In this document: positions 1 through 13,194 of the stretch, piece after piece
Layout: every line of letters starts with the position of its first letter
Position numbering within the stretch: the stretch's first letter is position 1
From: Amoebidium appalachense
Lineage: Eukaryota > Protista > Ichthyosporea
DNA length: 64,000 bases
Reading direction: 5' to 3'
NCBI GenBank assembly: GCA_963693365.1
Contig: CAVNZM010000017.1
Coordinates: forward strand, 6,753,034 to 6,817,033
Program-made: the position numbers and the translations under genes
Notes under the pieces: generated by a model
Database searches by the model: none
What the model saw: the letters and a program-made list of their open reading frames with translations, nothing else
Told to the model about the DNA's origin: nothing

Positions 1-1041
1 CAGACGAAGCCACAGCACGGGCACGTTCCGTGAGCCCACGTATGGACATGGTGCTGTGTGTGTGTGTGTGTGAAACGGGTGCTTATACGTGTGTGTGTAC
101 GTGTGTGAGTGTGCACCCTAACACGTACTGACGTGTTGCCGCACGTGCGACGTTTTAACATCTACTCAGGCGGCCCTTTTAAGTAAAAAAAAAAAAAAAA
201 AAGGAGACACCGCCTCAGTAGGTGGTAGGTGTGCACCAGTGCCGTGTGTGATTCACCTCATGACCCCTTCAAGTGCTGCGGCAATTATGCAAGTATTTCC
301 CTAGTATAAGTCAAGCTCTGACGACGTCTAAAGTTGGTTCTGGCCTTCCAACATGAATTTAGTTTCTGGTAGCCACAATCACAATGGCGTCTTTGCTGGG
401 GTCTGTACATATGCAGAGGGGGGGCCATGAAGTAAGAACTCTGGAGTTTTTCTTCGCTGCTGAGGAAAATCGGTAGTGATGGTTATGACACGTGTGACAC
501 GATACGGAAGGCATGAACCAACAGTAGAACGTTTGCTGAACAAGAGGCCCTTCAAGGATTTAAAAATTTATTTCACACAACCAAAACGACAGAACTTAGT
601 TTACAGGAAGAGGTGTATACTTGAGAGGTTTGTAGAAAGCACTGTCAAAGTCGGCACGTTGACTTATTTTGTGCAAGCTAGTTTGACCACGTAATAGGTG
701 AAAGAAGAAAAATAATCAACCAAGGGCAAAATAGAAATAGAAGACTCTGAAAACTCCTATATTCATGGAGAAAGTTGTTGGTAAAGAGTGAAAGAAACTA
801 GGTGGCCCTAAAACTCAAGAGAACCACTGCAGTGGAAATAGAACGGCGAAAAAGGTGTGTTCACAACCTGATGATAAAAATAACATCGTATTTTGTTGCA
901 AAACCAGGAGTCCAGTCACTGGCACAGCACACCCAAACAGGTCCCAAAAAAACCTGCTACTCTTATCTTGCACTCCTTACATACCCGTAACTTCACGAAA
1001 TATTTCATGCAACGTTAAACAGAACAAACCCCAGATAAACC

Positions 1042-1902
1042 CTAGAACGGCCTCCACACTGTCGTCTGTCCCTGCCCACTGGTGTCAGGCACTGGTTTCC
1101 ACATGTTACTGTCCGGGTAATATCCCTGGTCGTAGTAGTGTGCGAGCTCGTAGGGAGGGTAGTGTCTGGTGGACGGGGGCGCATAACTCTCGTAATGTTT
1201 CTCATAATAGGTGTCGTGGTGCGTCTCGGGAGCTACGTAGTATTTCTCACGACGGTCATAGTAGTAGCTCTCTCCCTGTGTGTGTGTGTCTGCCTGCCAA
1301 TACTCGTCCCGTGCCTGTTTAACCCGTGTCTCCGGTAGTGTGAGGCTGTCGCTAGCCCTCCGCTTGTTCTGTTTGTGACAGCCACAGTCGTGGCAGCACT
1401 CCTTACTTGCGTGTGTTCCCTCCCCGTAACTGGCCTGTGGTGGTGACCGACTGGACCGAGAGTCGCTAGTCTCGTCCGACACCTGTGACGTTTTCTTCTC
1501 GTCTTCCTCCTTTCCCTCACCCAACCGTTTGTCCTTGTTTTTCAGTGGCATACGCTTCATCTTCATCATAAGCTCGGGGTTGTCACGCACAAAAAAATTG
1601 TTGCGGAAAATCATAGGTGGTCTGCGCCCGTTCACCAGTTTCGTGTACCCGTTCACCTTGTTAAACCCATACATGTTCAGCTGGCGCACAAAGGAGGAAA
1701 AGTTGCTTGTCTTGAACGTAGAGCAAAGAACCTTCTCAACGAAGAGGTCAACGTTTCGGATAACAATGGCTTGCCCATCCGTGGTCCAAGCAATTGCTTC
1801 GTCAAAGTTAGAATCGTCCACCAAAAAGCGCAGTTTCGTGACAAAGGCAGTGGTGGGCATGTGGTATGGCGACGCCAACCACGAAGGCATAGTGTTGGGC
1901 AT
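1042..1902 (-). CDS. Heat shock factor (HSF)-type DNA-binding domain transcription factor, intronless, 286 aa, C-terminal VWRPF
   Basis: The N-terminal FVTKLRFLVDD..IAWTTDGQAIVI..F..KVL..FKTSNFSSFVRQLNMYGFNKV..FRNNFFVRDNPELMMKMKR matches the HSF winged-helix DBD signature (F..KL, W..DG, NFSSFVRQLN.YGF). It is followed by a charged/Ser-rich linker, a CCHDCGCH cluster and a Tyr/Pro-rich tail. No obvious HR-A/B heptad repeat. Uninterrupted ATG..TAG ORF; an alternative start at Met5 or Met14 is possible. Confidence 0.93.
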   Translation of the reverse strand: MPNTMPSWLASPYHMPTTAFVTKLRFLVDDSNFDEAIAWTTDGQAIVIRNVDLFVEKVLCSTFKTSNFSSFVRQLNMYGFNKVNGYTKLVNGRRPPMIFRNNFFVRDNPELMMKMKRMPLKNKDKRLGEGKEEDEKKTSQVSDETSDSRSSRSPPQASYGEGTHASKECCHDCGCHKQNKRRASDSLTLPETRVKQARDEYWQADTHTQGESYYYDRREKYYVAPETHHDTYYEKHYESYAPPSTRHYPPYELAHYYDQGYYPDSNMWKPVPDTSGQGQTTVWRPF

Positions 1903-2067
1903 ACTGTCGGCTAGGGGGCCTACTGCCCTCTCACAGTCACAAGAACGAAGTGCTTTTTTCTGTACTTAGTGGAGAGAGTCAAGAGGGAAAAAAACGTAGG
2001 GAAAAAACTGCGATAAGACTGCTACAATCAAGGATTAGTTGGACGTTGGAATGTGCTGGCTCGACTG

Positions 2068-2124
2068 GGAATATTCTGAAATGGGTAAATCAAATGACCA
2101 AGAAATGCGCCCTCTGATTGGCTG
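2068..2124 (-). promoter_or_regulatory. Candidate promoter elements of the HSF gene: imperfect heat shock element and CCAAT box
   Basis: gGAAtaTTCtgAAAt at 2068-2082 has two perfect nGAAn units and one mismatched unit. CTGATTGGCT near 2115-2124 reads CCAAT on the gene's strand. Both lie ~170-220 bp upstream of the ATG. Motifs this short can arise by chance. Confidence 0.35.
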
Positions 2125-4342
2125 ACAAGAAGAATCACTAAAGGGGTAAATGGAACGTGGGTGAGGGTCATGGATCACGCGCAAAATCGTGGTGAAGGCA
2201 TGGTCTCTATTCTCATATTTGCAACACAGGCATAAAAAATCTTATTTGTGGTTTGATTCTTAGTAGATACAGTAATTTATGAGCGAGTGACCGCAAAGAA
2301 ACAAATCCAACTGCTCAGTATCAAATGCTAAGACTCAGCGCGTTAACGTTTCGAGTTGATTGGCCGTATGCTAAATTCGAATAATCGGATTGCGATGGTC
2401 GCGTGAGCTTATTCCGAACTAAAGGCTCAACTCTGATGGGAAAACATTGTCTGCTGAGTCTAATAATAAAATATGGCCTTAGATACAAATAAGTTTTTCA
2501 AAGGAGCATAATATCATATCCTTTGCTGGGGTCGATATTATTCGCAGAGCGAAGTGGCAAATTCAACCCTTTCTATTTGTTTCATCTTGGCACCAATGAA
2601 ACGAGAGTTTTTCGAATGTGACTCTCCCGACACGCAAGCACTGGCACGATTTTAATCAGTGAATTTTAGACTATCTGAGAAATAATCTGTCGAATCAAGG
2701 GGCCTCGCCCATGCTGCCATACATGGCCAGTGCCAGCACGATGGTCTATTTAGAAGAATAAATATTCTTCAAAAATAAAGTGATATTTTGGTGTTAAATC
2801 AAAGTTGATCACGAAACTTGTTACCCATATGGTAAGATTGCATGTTGATACAATATACGCCTGAGAAAATCATCGGAGATGCATTCGTACACAGGTATTG
2901 TACCGTGTGATCATGGCATATGAACAGAAGAAAATGAGATATATGAAGGATATATCTTTTCCTTGGGAAAATATCCCACAAGTCAGGTACATAACGGAAG
3001 GTCACCTGTTTACCATAACACGTAGCACACGCACGCACATGCGCTCGCACACACGCACACACCTGCACTAGCTCGCACATATAAATATAGAAAATAAAAT
3101 ACTTATATGTTGATGTTCCAAGCTATGGGGTTTGCTATATAGATAGATTTAGGAATCCAGGTTGGCTAGGTTTACTTACTATGAAGTGAAATTCGTCCGC
3201 CTTCGAATTTCGAATTCGTAAACTTTATATTTGAATTTCTTGGTCATCACGTAAACTATTTTGCAACTTTGACATTGGTGTATACATTTATATATAAAAT
3301 ACTTATAAATATTTTTTTTATTCTATTGAATGATTTTTTTGCTTTAGGCTGAACGTCATAGAATTCAGGAATTCAAAAGATTTCTTTGGAAATAGCACCC
3401 ACAACTCCTATTCCTAGTGCTAGGGAGACGTCGAAAATGCTCCGTGATTGTTTGATCACGGTCCCGGACAGTGAAGCCTGGCACTTACACTGTACGTCGC
3501 CGAACGTGAGGCAGTCCTGAACGCGTGCCGCAAAACATGCCATGTGTATGTACTACAGTTGTAGGTCCGCGTGTAAACTGTTTTTCTTAGTACAATTTAT
3601 AGGAATATGTGTACTGTGTAAGTCAAACCAATAACTAAGAACTAAGCTGCATTGGCAGCACATTGAAAAGGAACCTCTATAGAACAAAGTTCTGAATGGA
3701 ATTTGTGGCGTTACAGACTGACGCGGCTCAGTGGAATCACGGTCAGTGAGCTAAATTTACACAGACACTCTGGCCATGGGCATGCGACGCATGCGTCTGG
3801 TAATAGTATCCGGGGACTAAAAAATATCTACATGTACACAAAATATAAAGAGCTTGTACCTAAATATTCTTGATTAGCCTTCTTGTTCCGAACATGCACT
3901 TACTGACTTATCTAAAGGCTTTGAAAAGCATAGGCCTACAGTGCTACACGCTCCCACAACATGACTCGGCCTGACATGAGTACTGACACGGTCAGCGGGT
4001 CGGTGAGCCCCACCGTTGCGGGGCGGGCAGCGGGCCGGGCCGGCCCCCGGGCCGGCCCCCCGGCCATTTGTAGGATGATACGTAACACAGTCACAACCGC
4101 GTTGTGACGTCACGTAGAAGTCCCCGCCGATATATCCTTGAAAAAAGTTCACGACCGGGGGGAGGGCGAAGAGAGGACTCTATGATGGAGGCACTGAGGA
4201 TCTGGGGGGCCGAGCGTGTGCCAGGGGGGCCCCTCATGCGCCTGAGTCCCGCCCAGGGTGGGTGGGGTTCAGGGGAAGGGGGGGGGGGGGGGGGGGGGGG
4301 GGGGGGATGGGGGGGGGGGGGGGGGGGGCACTGCGCATGCTA

Positions 4343-4377
<35 letters not shown>

Positions 4378-6014
4378 GGGGTCACTCCCCACTGATAAAA
4401 AAAAAAACCCCTCCCCCCCGGCCCCAACTTGCAACGTGGGCACCCTGCGGCCACCCAAGGACCGTGTGTATTACTGTAGTAATGGCCTGCGGGTCACCTG
4501 CACACCACGTGCCACGTGCAAGGGGATTTCGACACTCTCTACTGCCCCCTCTTAGGCCTACTACCCTGCAGGTTATGCCAGCGCGCAGCATTCAAATTAA
4601 TCATGCATGCAACGGCACACACGGTTTTCGCCGTGGCATCGCGTAAATATACTTTCTCAGTGACACCACCGGCCACCAAAAATTTTCATGATCCCATATA
4701 AGGGAAATTTAGCACACAACTAGTGTGCCATGACAGAAGATCAGCACAGTCACACACATACATACACACATAAGCGGCAATGCCATGCACACATACACAC
4801 ACACACAAACACACACACACACATGCATGCATGCATCATGATGTGTGCATGCATGACGGTCAGCAATTGTGCACTGTACACGCATGTTCTTGCATTTTAT
4901 TGCATTTTTATTATTTTAAATTCAATCGGGTCTGACCTTTATTCAGCACCGCTGTCTTCCAACTTGTCATGGTGGTTTAAACTTACCGGCCACAAAGCTG
5001 AGACCTGTGTTTAACTTTCTTCTTTCTAAACTGAGCCCGTCAAACAGACATGGCAGCTGAACGATTAGGCTGCCGCATCATATTAGAAAGGGGGGGCTTG
5101 CTTCCTACCGTGTGGATCTGGCGGGGGGGTCCAGTTACGAAATTTCTCCTATCCGCTGCCGGGGTCTAACATAGCGTCGTGGTTCTGTGAAGTTTAGGGT
5201 CACGTGGGATGCATGCTGTATCCCATATTTCTGGGTCTCAATGCCAATGCATGCTGTGTGCCCCGTATAGTGTGCACAGGTGTTGTAAGTTGCACTCTCC
5301 GACGTACCGGGTATGTATCTGCATTCGGGGCAGGCTGGTAGGGTGTGTGTGTGTTAAGGGGGGTTGCAGGAAGGTGGGGGGGCGTGGGGGGGGAAGGGGG
5401 GGGGACAGGGGGTGGGAATGGGTGGGGGGGAGGGGGAAGGGGAGGTTGCTTCTAGGTGTTGTGGCTTGTTTCTTTCTGCGACAGTCAACTTTTTGGTTTT
5501 GCCAGCTTTGTGTTTGTTTTTTTAATCCGGCGGCTCCAAGTGCCTATGTATCCTACAGTACATCAAGGTATCCGCATATTTGCTCAAAGAAAAGTTCAGA
5601 GATTCGTACAGACATATTGGCCACGATGGGGTGTCTCGGGCCCGTGGGTGCTTCGCTAGCGCTGGTGGGATGGTGATGCCCCTCAGGCTGGTGTAGAGGC
5701 CCTACCGATTTAATCATGGGTGATGCTGCATGCAGTCCGGTGGGGGTGGTAAGGTGCAGCCACTCCATAGGGTTGCTAAAAATAGCGGCTGGGTGATGGC
5801 ACGGCCGGCAGCTCGTCCTGCCCGTGGTGGGTTAAGGGGGGTGGAGGAGGGGGGGGGGGGTGGGGGGGGGGAGGGGGGAGGGGGGAGGGGATAGGGGGGG
5901 AGGGGAGGGGGGGGGGGGGCAGGGGGGGCACCCAGTTGGGTGGGGGGGGGAGGACGGGGGGGAAGGGGGTGAGAGAGAGAAAGAGAGGGGGGGGGGAGGG
6001 GAGAGAGAAAGAGG

Positions 6015-6102
<88 letters not shown>

Positions 6103-6214
6103 AAGAGAGAGAGAGAGAGAGAGGGGGGGGGGGGGGGGACTCGAAGAGAGAGAGAGAGAGAGGGAGGGAGAGAGAGACAGACTAGAGAGAGAGAGAGAGG
6201 AGGTGAGGCTGACC

Positions 6215-6247
<33 letters not shown>

Positions 6248-7736
6248 TGCTCCCCGGCCATTCAGCGGCATATACCCGCTCTTGGCTGGAGCGACTCGTC
6301 CAATCATTCGGCATAACATTGCTACGGGCCCCGGAAACCCGGAAGTGATAGGATGCCGTGTGGCGGCACAGAATCGGATCATGTCTGTGGCTGTGGTCTA
6401 CCCTGATATATATATCGATCTCAAAACAGGGCCAAGTGTATTGCTGAAGTCATAGGAATAATACTCTGCACAGCACATTATGATTTTTGCTGCAATGCTT
6501 TTTGCATATAGTAGTTCGTCGCGGTAAACCATTACGGCCCATAAGTTGCAAACAGCGACACATTGCTCTGCATATTAAGTCATCATTTCGGCCTGGCATA
6601 AGTAAATCGGTTTCGAACAAATCAGAATAGTTTTAGTGAAGTCAACAATAGTCCTAGCGCTCTACATGGTACACTTTGAAAAGATTCAATTATTATTATA
6701 TTCAGAGTCAAATGATCATGATCTAAACTCCATGGATTCGAGTTGAACAATTCACCTTGCAGCCATGATGCAGACAGCTCTGCTGATGTGGCCCATATTT
6801 CAAAATAACATGTGTTAATAAGTTCAGTAGTAGAGTGTTTCATATGGTTAACGTTAAGGAAGTCGATCCTCTACTGAAACGGCCAGGCTATATTTGCAAC
6901 TCGCAAGCCTGAGAAGTATCAGTCACTCTAAGCATTTGGAAGGCCTACCATGATTGGCCAGCACGAGCCGTCAACTGATCATGAAGGCCCACCTCCCTCC
7001 CGGGGCGGAGTCCCCCCCTTCCCCCCCCCCCCCCCCCCCCCCCCCCCTCCCCCCCCTTCCCCCCTCCTCGGGGTACCCGGCCCGTCCTACCCATTCGTGC
7101 TCACTACATGTGCATGCACATCGTATTAAGTGGGCATGCACTCGCAATATCAATAATTGGATAACATTGAGTCAGTACGTGTGCTTGTAGCACCTACAGG
7201 TTGACGTGTACTGTACATGCTGTGATTGTAACAGTGATGTCATTTTCTTGAAAGCAGCCACTTCGCAACTCATGATCACGGTAGAGTGGGAGTCGCTGCT
7301 GTACATGTGTCTCACCCACCGTGGCCTGTCACACACACGTCGTGTGCTTTTTATGAGCATACGTGTGTGTGTGTGTGTGTATTGCGGGTGTGATTCACGG
7401 TGTGTCACGTCACGAGTCAACTTTGGAAAGGATTTCACGCTCACGTGTGTATGTGGCTGGTTTCAATTGGCTGAGGGACCATGTGAGTGCATGGATGTCA
7501 TGCCATTGGGGTGACACTGTATGCAAAGTGTGTGGAGGTGTATCTGCCGCCGGGTGCAACTCATGGGTTTCGAAATCTAGCTGTGACATCGAGACTAATT
7601 GGCGTGCGTGTATGCCATCAGTACAGAGGCCTCTGGATGATCATGATGCGTGTGAATATGAGCTTGGGCAATGGTGTCTGACGGTTTTTTTTTCTTTTTT
7701 TTCTTTTTGTGTGTGTGTGTGTGCAGTGCGTGTGGC

Positions 7737-7772
<36 letters not shown>

Positions 7773-8067
7773 TTATTGTGTGTGCATCATATGCCTGCAA
7801 TTTGGCGCGCATCTGTTCGAAGTTCATCATGTTGTGTCCACCAACACCATGTCGACCGTGCACACCAATCACCCTGTTACACAAGGAGAACTATTTAATT
7901 GAATCTAACTTTCGGGGTGTGTGTGTGTGTGTGTGTTGCCCATGTATATGGGGTCCAGCCCCGTGCATTTTTCTCTCAACTGTGGATACATGATAACGGC
8001 TGCCACAGGCATACCATCACCACTACACCACTTCAACACTACCACGTGTTTGTGCACGTGCATACAT

Positions 8068-8100
<33 letters not shown>

Positions 8101-8102
8101 CC

Positions 8103-9108
8103 CTAGAGCAGCATGGTGGTGGGCTTCTCGAGATAGTCCTTGAATGCCTTGAGCCACTGTGCGCCCACAGCCCCGTCCACGACCCGGTGGTCGCAGCTCA
8201 GCGTCACCCGCATGGTCGTGCCCTCAACTACTTCCCCTGTGTGGTCAGTGTGTCAGTGCCCTGCATGATCACACACACCCCTAATGATGTATTCTGGCCC
8301 TGCCTAACCATACACACACACACACAGACACACAGACACAAGACACACACACAGACACACACACACACCTCTGGTGCCTGCATAACCACACACATCCCCT
8401 CGTTACGCACCCCACCGATCTGACCCTCCCACCCTCCCTGCATCTCCCACTACACCCCTACCAGTCAAACTACACCGACACGTGCTCCTGGCCAGCGCAA
8501 CATCTTCCCATCCACGGGCGTTTCCCCTACAGAGTTCACCCTCTTTCTCTAACCGCAACCACCTGTGCTCCGTGTATGTTGACTCTGAACACCCCATATT
8601 CATCATAACTCTTGGCCCACCACCACCCTTTCTCGAGAGCGATGTGGCTGTTGGATTTTGAAAAACACAGACACAAGTTACCCTGGCGGTGAAACCAGTA
8701 TCCCTTTCTTAGGTCACAACACCATTTCTCTGTTCTTTGGGTACATCTGTGTGCACCTGTACACGTGTGTGTGTGTGCATGTGTCTGTGTGGGTGTTAGT
8801 GTGCGTACATGTGTATGTGCGCAAGACATACCGTTATGGACGAGCATAGTCTTCTGAGCGCCGCCGACGGCCAAAATGCAAGCCTGGGGGGGGTTTATGA
8901 TAGCGCTGAACTGGGAGATGCCGAACATGCCCAGGTTGCTGACGGTGATGGTGCCCCCCTGGTACTCGTGGGGCTTAAGCTTGTTGGTCTTGGCACGGTC
9001 GGCTAGGTCCTTGATCAGGCGGCTGATCTCAGCTAGGCCCTAAGAGGGCGCCCCCGGGGGGGGGGGTTAGAATGAATGACACAAGGGGAGAGGGGAAGGG
9101 GAGACAGG

Positions 9109-9166
<58 letters not shown>

Positions 9167-10324
9167 GTAACGGCATAAGGGGCTTTGGGAGGTCGAGTTT
9201 GGGGTGTCTCTGGTTGTGTGACTGTTTATCTATCTGTGGTTGCGGGTGGGCTGGGTTGGGTGTGCGGGTGGGTGGGTGGGTGGGTGGGTGGGGGGGGGGG
9301 GGGGGGGGGGGGGGGGGACGCGCGAACCAACATGTCAAGAGCGAGTAACACAATCTGGGGCCATGCAAAAAGAAAGTTAACACACTTTCAGTATGTAAAG
9401 AAATTAAGTGCCGTCCTCTGCTCATCTCCTCAATCCACCCCCCCCCCCCCTCCCCTCCCCTCTCTCCTTCTTTTCCTTCCGAATCATTTCTTCCTCCATT
9501 TCTCCCTTCGTCCCTTTCTCTGCACTTCTCATCTCCCTCTGAGAGTCAAAAGATTTATCTACACACACTGTTTTCTCACTTCCCTCCTGTGCCTTCTTTC
9601 CCCTCTCTTACACGCCTTTCCATAAACCCCCCACTTTAATCATTTCTACTATCAAAATCTCTCTCCCACCATACCTTTGTCTCAGCAGCAGGAACGATAG
9701 GTGTAATGAGGCCACTGGGTGTGGACACGGCCACACTGACATCGACATTAGTGTAGCGCCTGATGACTGGGTCCTGCCAGCTGCTGTTGCACTCAGGCAC
9801 GGCCCTGGAGGCAAGGGCTGTGGCCTTGACGATAAAGTCGTTGACACTGAGCTTGAAGTCCTTTGCATTGCTGTTGAGCTGCGCACGTAGCCTTGGGGGG
9901 GGGGGGGGGGGGGGGGGGGGGGAGGGGGGGGGAGTGAGTGAGTGGGTGAGTGAGTGAGTGAGTGTGTGAGTGAGTGAGTGTGTGTGTTGGGGGCCGAGGG
10001 GGGGGGGGGGGGGAGGAGTGGTAAGAACGGGGTGCACAGCTCAGAGAAAATGAAAAATAGGCAACAAAGTGCCAGAATGCCAAAGGCCGGATAAAAAGTG
10101 TTTTCTTTCTTTCTTTCTTTCTTTTTTTTTCCCCTTTCTTTCTTTTCTTTTCTTTTTTTCTTTTTCTTTTTCTTTCTTTTTTTTTTTTTTTGGGGGGGGG
10201 GAGGGGGTTAGAATGTATTATGGAGTGAAAACTCATGACGGGGTAACACTGTGCAGATTGCAAAGCGCACTGAAAGAGTGTGAATCGTGGGTGAGTGAGT
10301 GTGAGTGAGCGAGTGAGTGAGTGA

Positions 10325-10357
<33 letters not shown>

Positions 10358-10461
10358 CGCGTGTGTTCTGGGGAGGGGCACTGCTCCAGGCAGAGAGTAA
10401 AGCAGGCAACAAAGTACAAGAATGCCAAGGGGGACAAAAACAGGAAGTAAGAGCGATTGGT

Positions 10462-10496
<35 letters not shown>

Positions 10497-13067
10497 TGTA
10501 TGCGTTAGATGGTTGGAAATATGGAGGAGACACCAGAGGACAACAACAAAACGTCACAAAAATGAGAAACCCGAAATCAAACAATATAAGTGTGCAGGCA
10601 GAAGACACTTGAACAGAGCCCATCATCAGGGTGGGTTCCTACGTCTCCACCAAACAATGGTTTGCGGGGGTAGGATTACATACTCCATGAGGGCGTCGAG
10701 GCGGACCTCCTGTGTGAGATAGTAGTGGGGGATGGTGGTCTTGGACTCGAGCAGGCGGGAGGCGATGATCTGGGGGTGATGTGAGTTAGCACATGCTGCA
10801 AGTGAAATCAGTTCATACTCTATATTGCTATTGGAATAAAGGGAGGGGGGAGAACAGGATGCAGAGCAAAGAAGAAAGGGAGGCACGGGGCACACTTGGA
10901 CCATTGAGCCAGATCCTTCACCAGGTGTGTTGCTACGCCTCTACAACAAAAAAAAAAAAAAGGGGGGGGGGGGGGGGGGGAGTAGAATCACAGGCAAACA
11001 AATGGTAAAAGTTTTAAAGGGAGGGGGACAGAAGTAAGCCATCCGTGCGCACAAAGGTAGCCCAACAGGGGTGGACATAATGTGTGGGCACGTACCTTGC
11101 GCATGTTTGTGAGCTCTGTGTCCTGGAATGGGCTGGATGGAGCTGCACCGGCCGGGGCTGCGGTACCGCCACCCGATGCAAGCACTGGGGGGAGAATGGG
11201 TCAGAAAAAGGGAAATTGGGCAGAATGAGGGCAGCAAAAGAACAGACACCACCATGTAGGGTGTAGTAGAGTGTGTGGACCATGGGGGTGTCGGAGGCAT
11301 ATGGTGCTGGGGGGTGTGAAGACCCCACTCTCGTTATAGTGCAATCCCGGTTCAGCCCACCCCACCTCCCCCTCCACCTCCCCTCTCCTCTCAGATGTCA
11401 CCGCCTCTCTCCTGTATTAATCCAAAACGGCACACGATATAGCATCCCCCACGCTATTATGTCAACGCCAGGAAACGACATCATATGGGCCTACAGACTG
11501 TATTGATGGTATCATAAAAATACTCCAGTACGCGTGTGTGTATGTACCCCCCCCCCCCCCCCCCCTCCCCCCCCCCCTCTCTCCCCAGTTCACCCATCGG
11601 GCCCAGACACACGTGGCTGCCGTCCTTTCCAAACCTCACCACCCCCCCACCATTCGTCTTCTTGTCCACCAACATGCTCATTATCCACCAACATGCTCAT
11701 TATCCACCAACATGCTCATTATCCACCAACATGCTCATTATCCACCAACACAATATGGTGAGAATACCCCTCCCTTCCCCCCCCCCCACACACACACCCA
11801 CGCACACACATAGCCCCCTCCTCACATCATACAGGTCGTCATTTGTGTGCATTACAGACAACCACAACCCACCCACCCACCCCCCATGCGCACACACCCC
11901 CACTCACGCACCTGACTTTGCATGGCTGTAGATGTCCGACTCCACTACCCGACCATCGGGGCCAGTACCCTTGAGTCCACTGCAAAGCAACACCATTAGC
12001 ACATAGGCACCCCCATGTCATTAAATCCCTGCTCAACACACACAAGCACGCACCCTCCCCCTCCCCCCCCCCCCCCTCCCCCTTCCCTCCTCTCCCCCCC
12101 CCCCACCCCCCCCCCCCCCCCATCCCCCTCTAACACCCACACACCCACACATCCACACACTCTGTGTGCATCACCACCGACCTGCATACATGCAGCAGAT
12201 AACAAAACAAGAATAAATGCTGAATTCTTACAATAATATTTTTAACTCAGTCGGGCAGCAGTTTGCTATGGAAACCATGTGTGAAAATATGTGCACCTTA
12301 CATCCCCCCCCCCCCTCCCCTCACCTATGTCCCAAACACACAAACGCCCACATACACACACACACATGTCCCCCTGCCCCTCCCCAAAACCCCAAAACAC
12401 ACCCGCCCACCCACCCACACCCACACCCACACCCACCCCCACCCACATGCACCCACGTACGTGAGGTCCAGGCCCAGCTCCTTTGCCAGTTTCTTTGCCA
12501 GTGGGCTGCCCTTGCCATCACTGGACACAGCTACTGCCTGAAACACATACGTCAGACCCCGGGGGAGGGGGGGGGGGGGGGGGGGGGGGGGCTTGGGAGG
12601 GCTTGGAACAAGAGTACACGACAAGCCAAAGACGATAAACGATAATGTGAATCTTGAACACAGCCCCTCACTCATCCCGGGGAGAAGGGGGAAAAGTGGG
12701 AAAGGCAGGGTGGTGGTGGTGGTGGTGGTGGTGGTGGTGGTGGGGGGGGGGGGGGGGGGAAGGGGGAGACGCAAAAAAAGAAAATGAACACAGACTCTTC
12801 GACTTGCTCCGCATGGTTCGCAACATTTGCTTTAGCAAGAAGAGGTGGGTCACCCTGCTTTGGCTAATCTTGGTGCACCACAAAAGAACAAACTGTGCAT
12901 GGAACTTTGGCATCGTTTAGAGCTTCCTTTGCAAATGGCGACTACCGATCAGCGCCGATCTCAAGCAGGAAGTGACGCCACCTAAGGTAGCCCATATTCA
13001 CTCAAAGAAGTGTTGTTTGTGCAAAAATCCCCATCATGTTGTGGTTCTCGATACGCTATTGAGTCCA

Positions 13068-13108
<41 letters not shown>

Positions 13109-13158
13109 GAAGGGGCAGGGTTGTGTGTGTGAGTGTGTGTGTGGCGTCGAAAGGGGTG

Positions 13159-13194
<36 letters not shown>

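Noticed and set aside
855-1969. Plus-strand ORFs of 155 and 146 aa overlapping the HSF gene
   Set aside because: Antisense shadows of the HSF ORF with non-ATG starts.
11665-11750. CRISPR-like appearance of short direct repeats (also 32385-32772 and 61999-62108)
   Set aside because: Head-to-tail repeats without unique spacers, a eukaryotic context and no cas genes.
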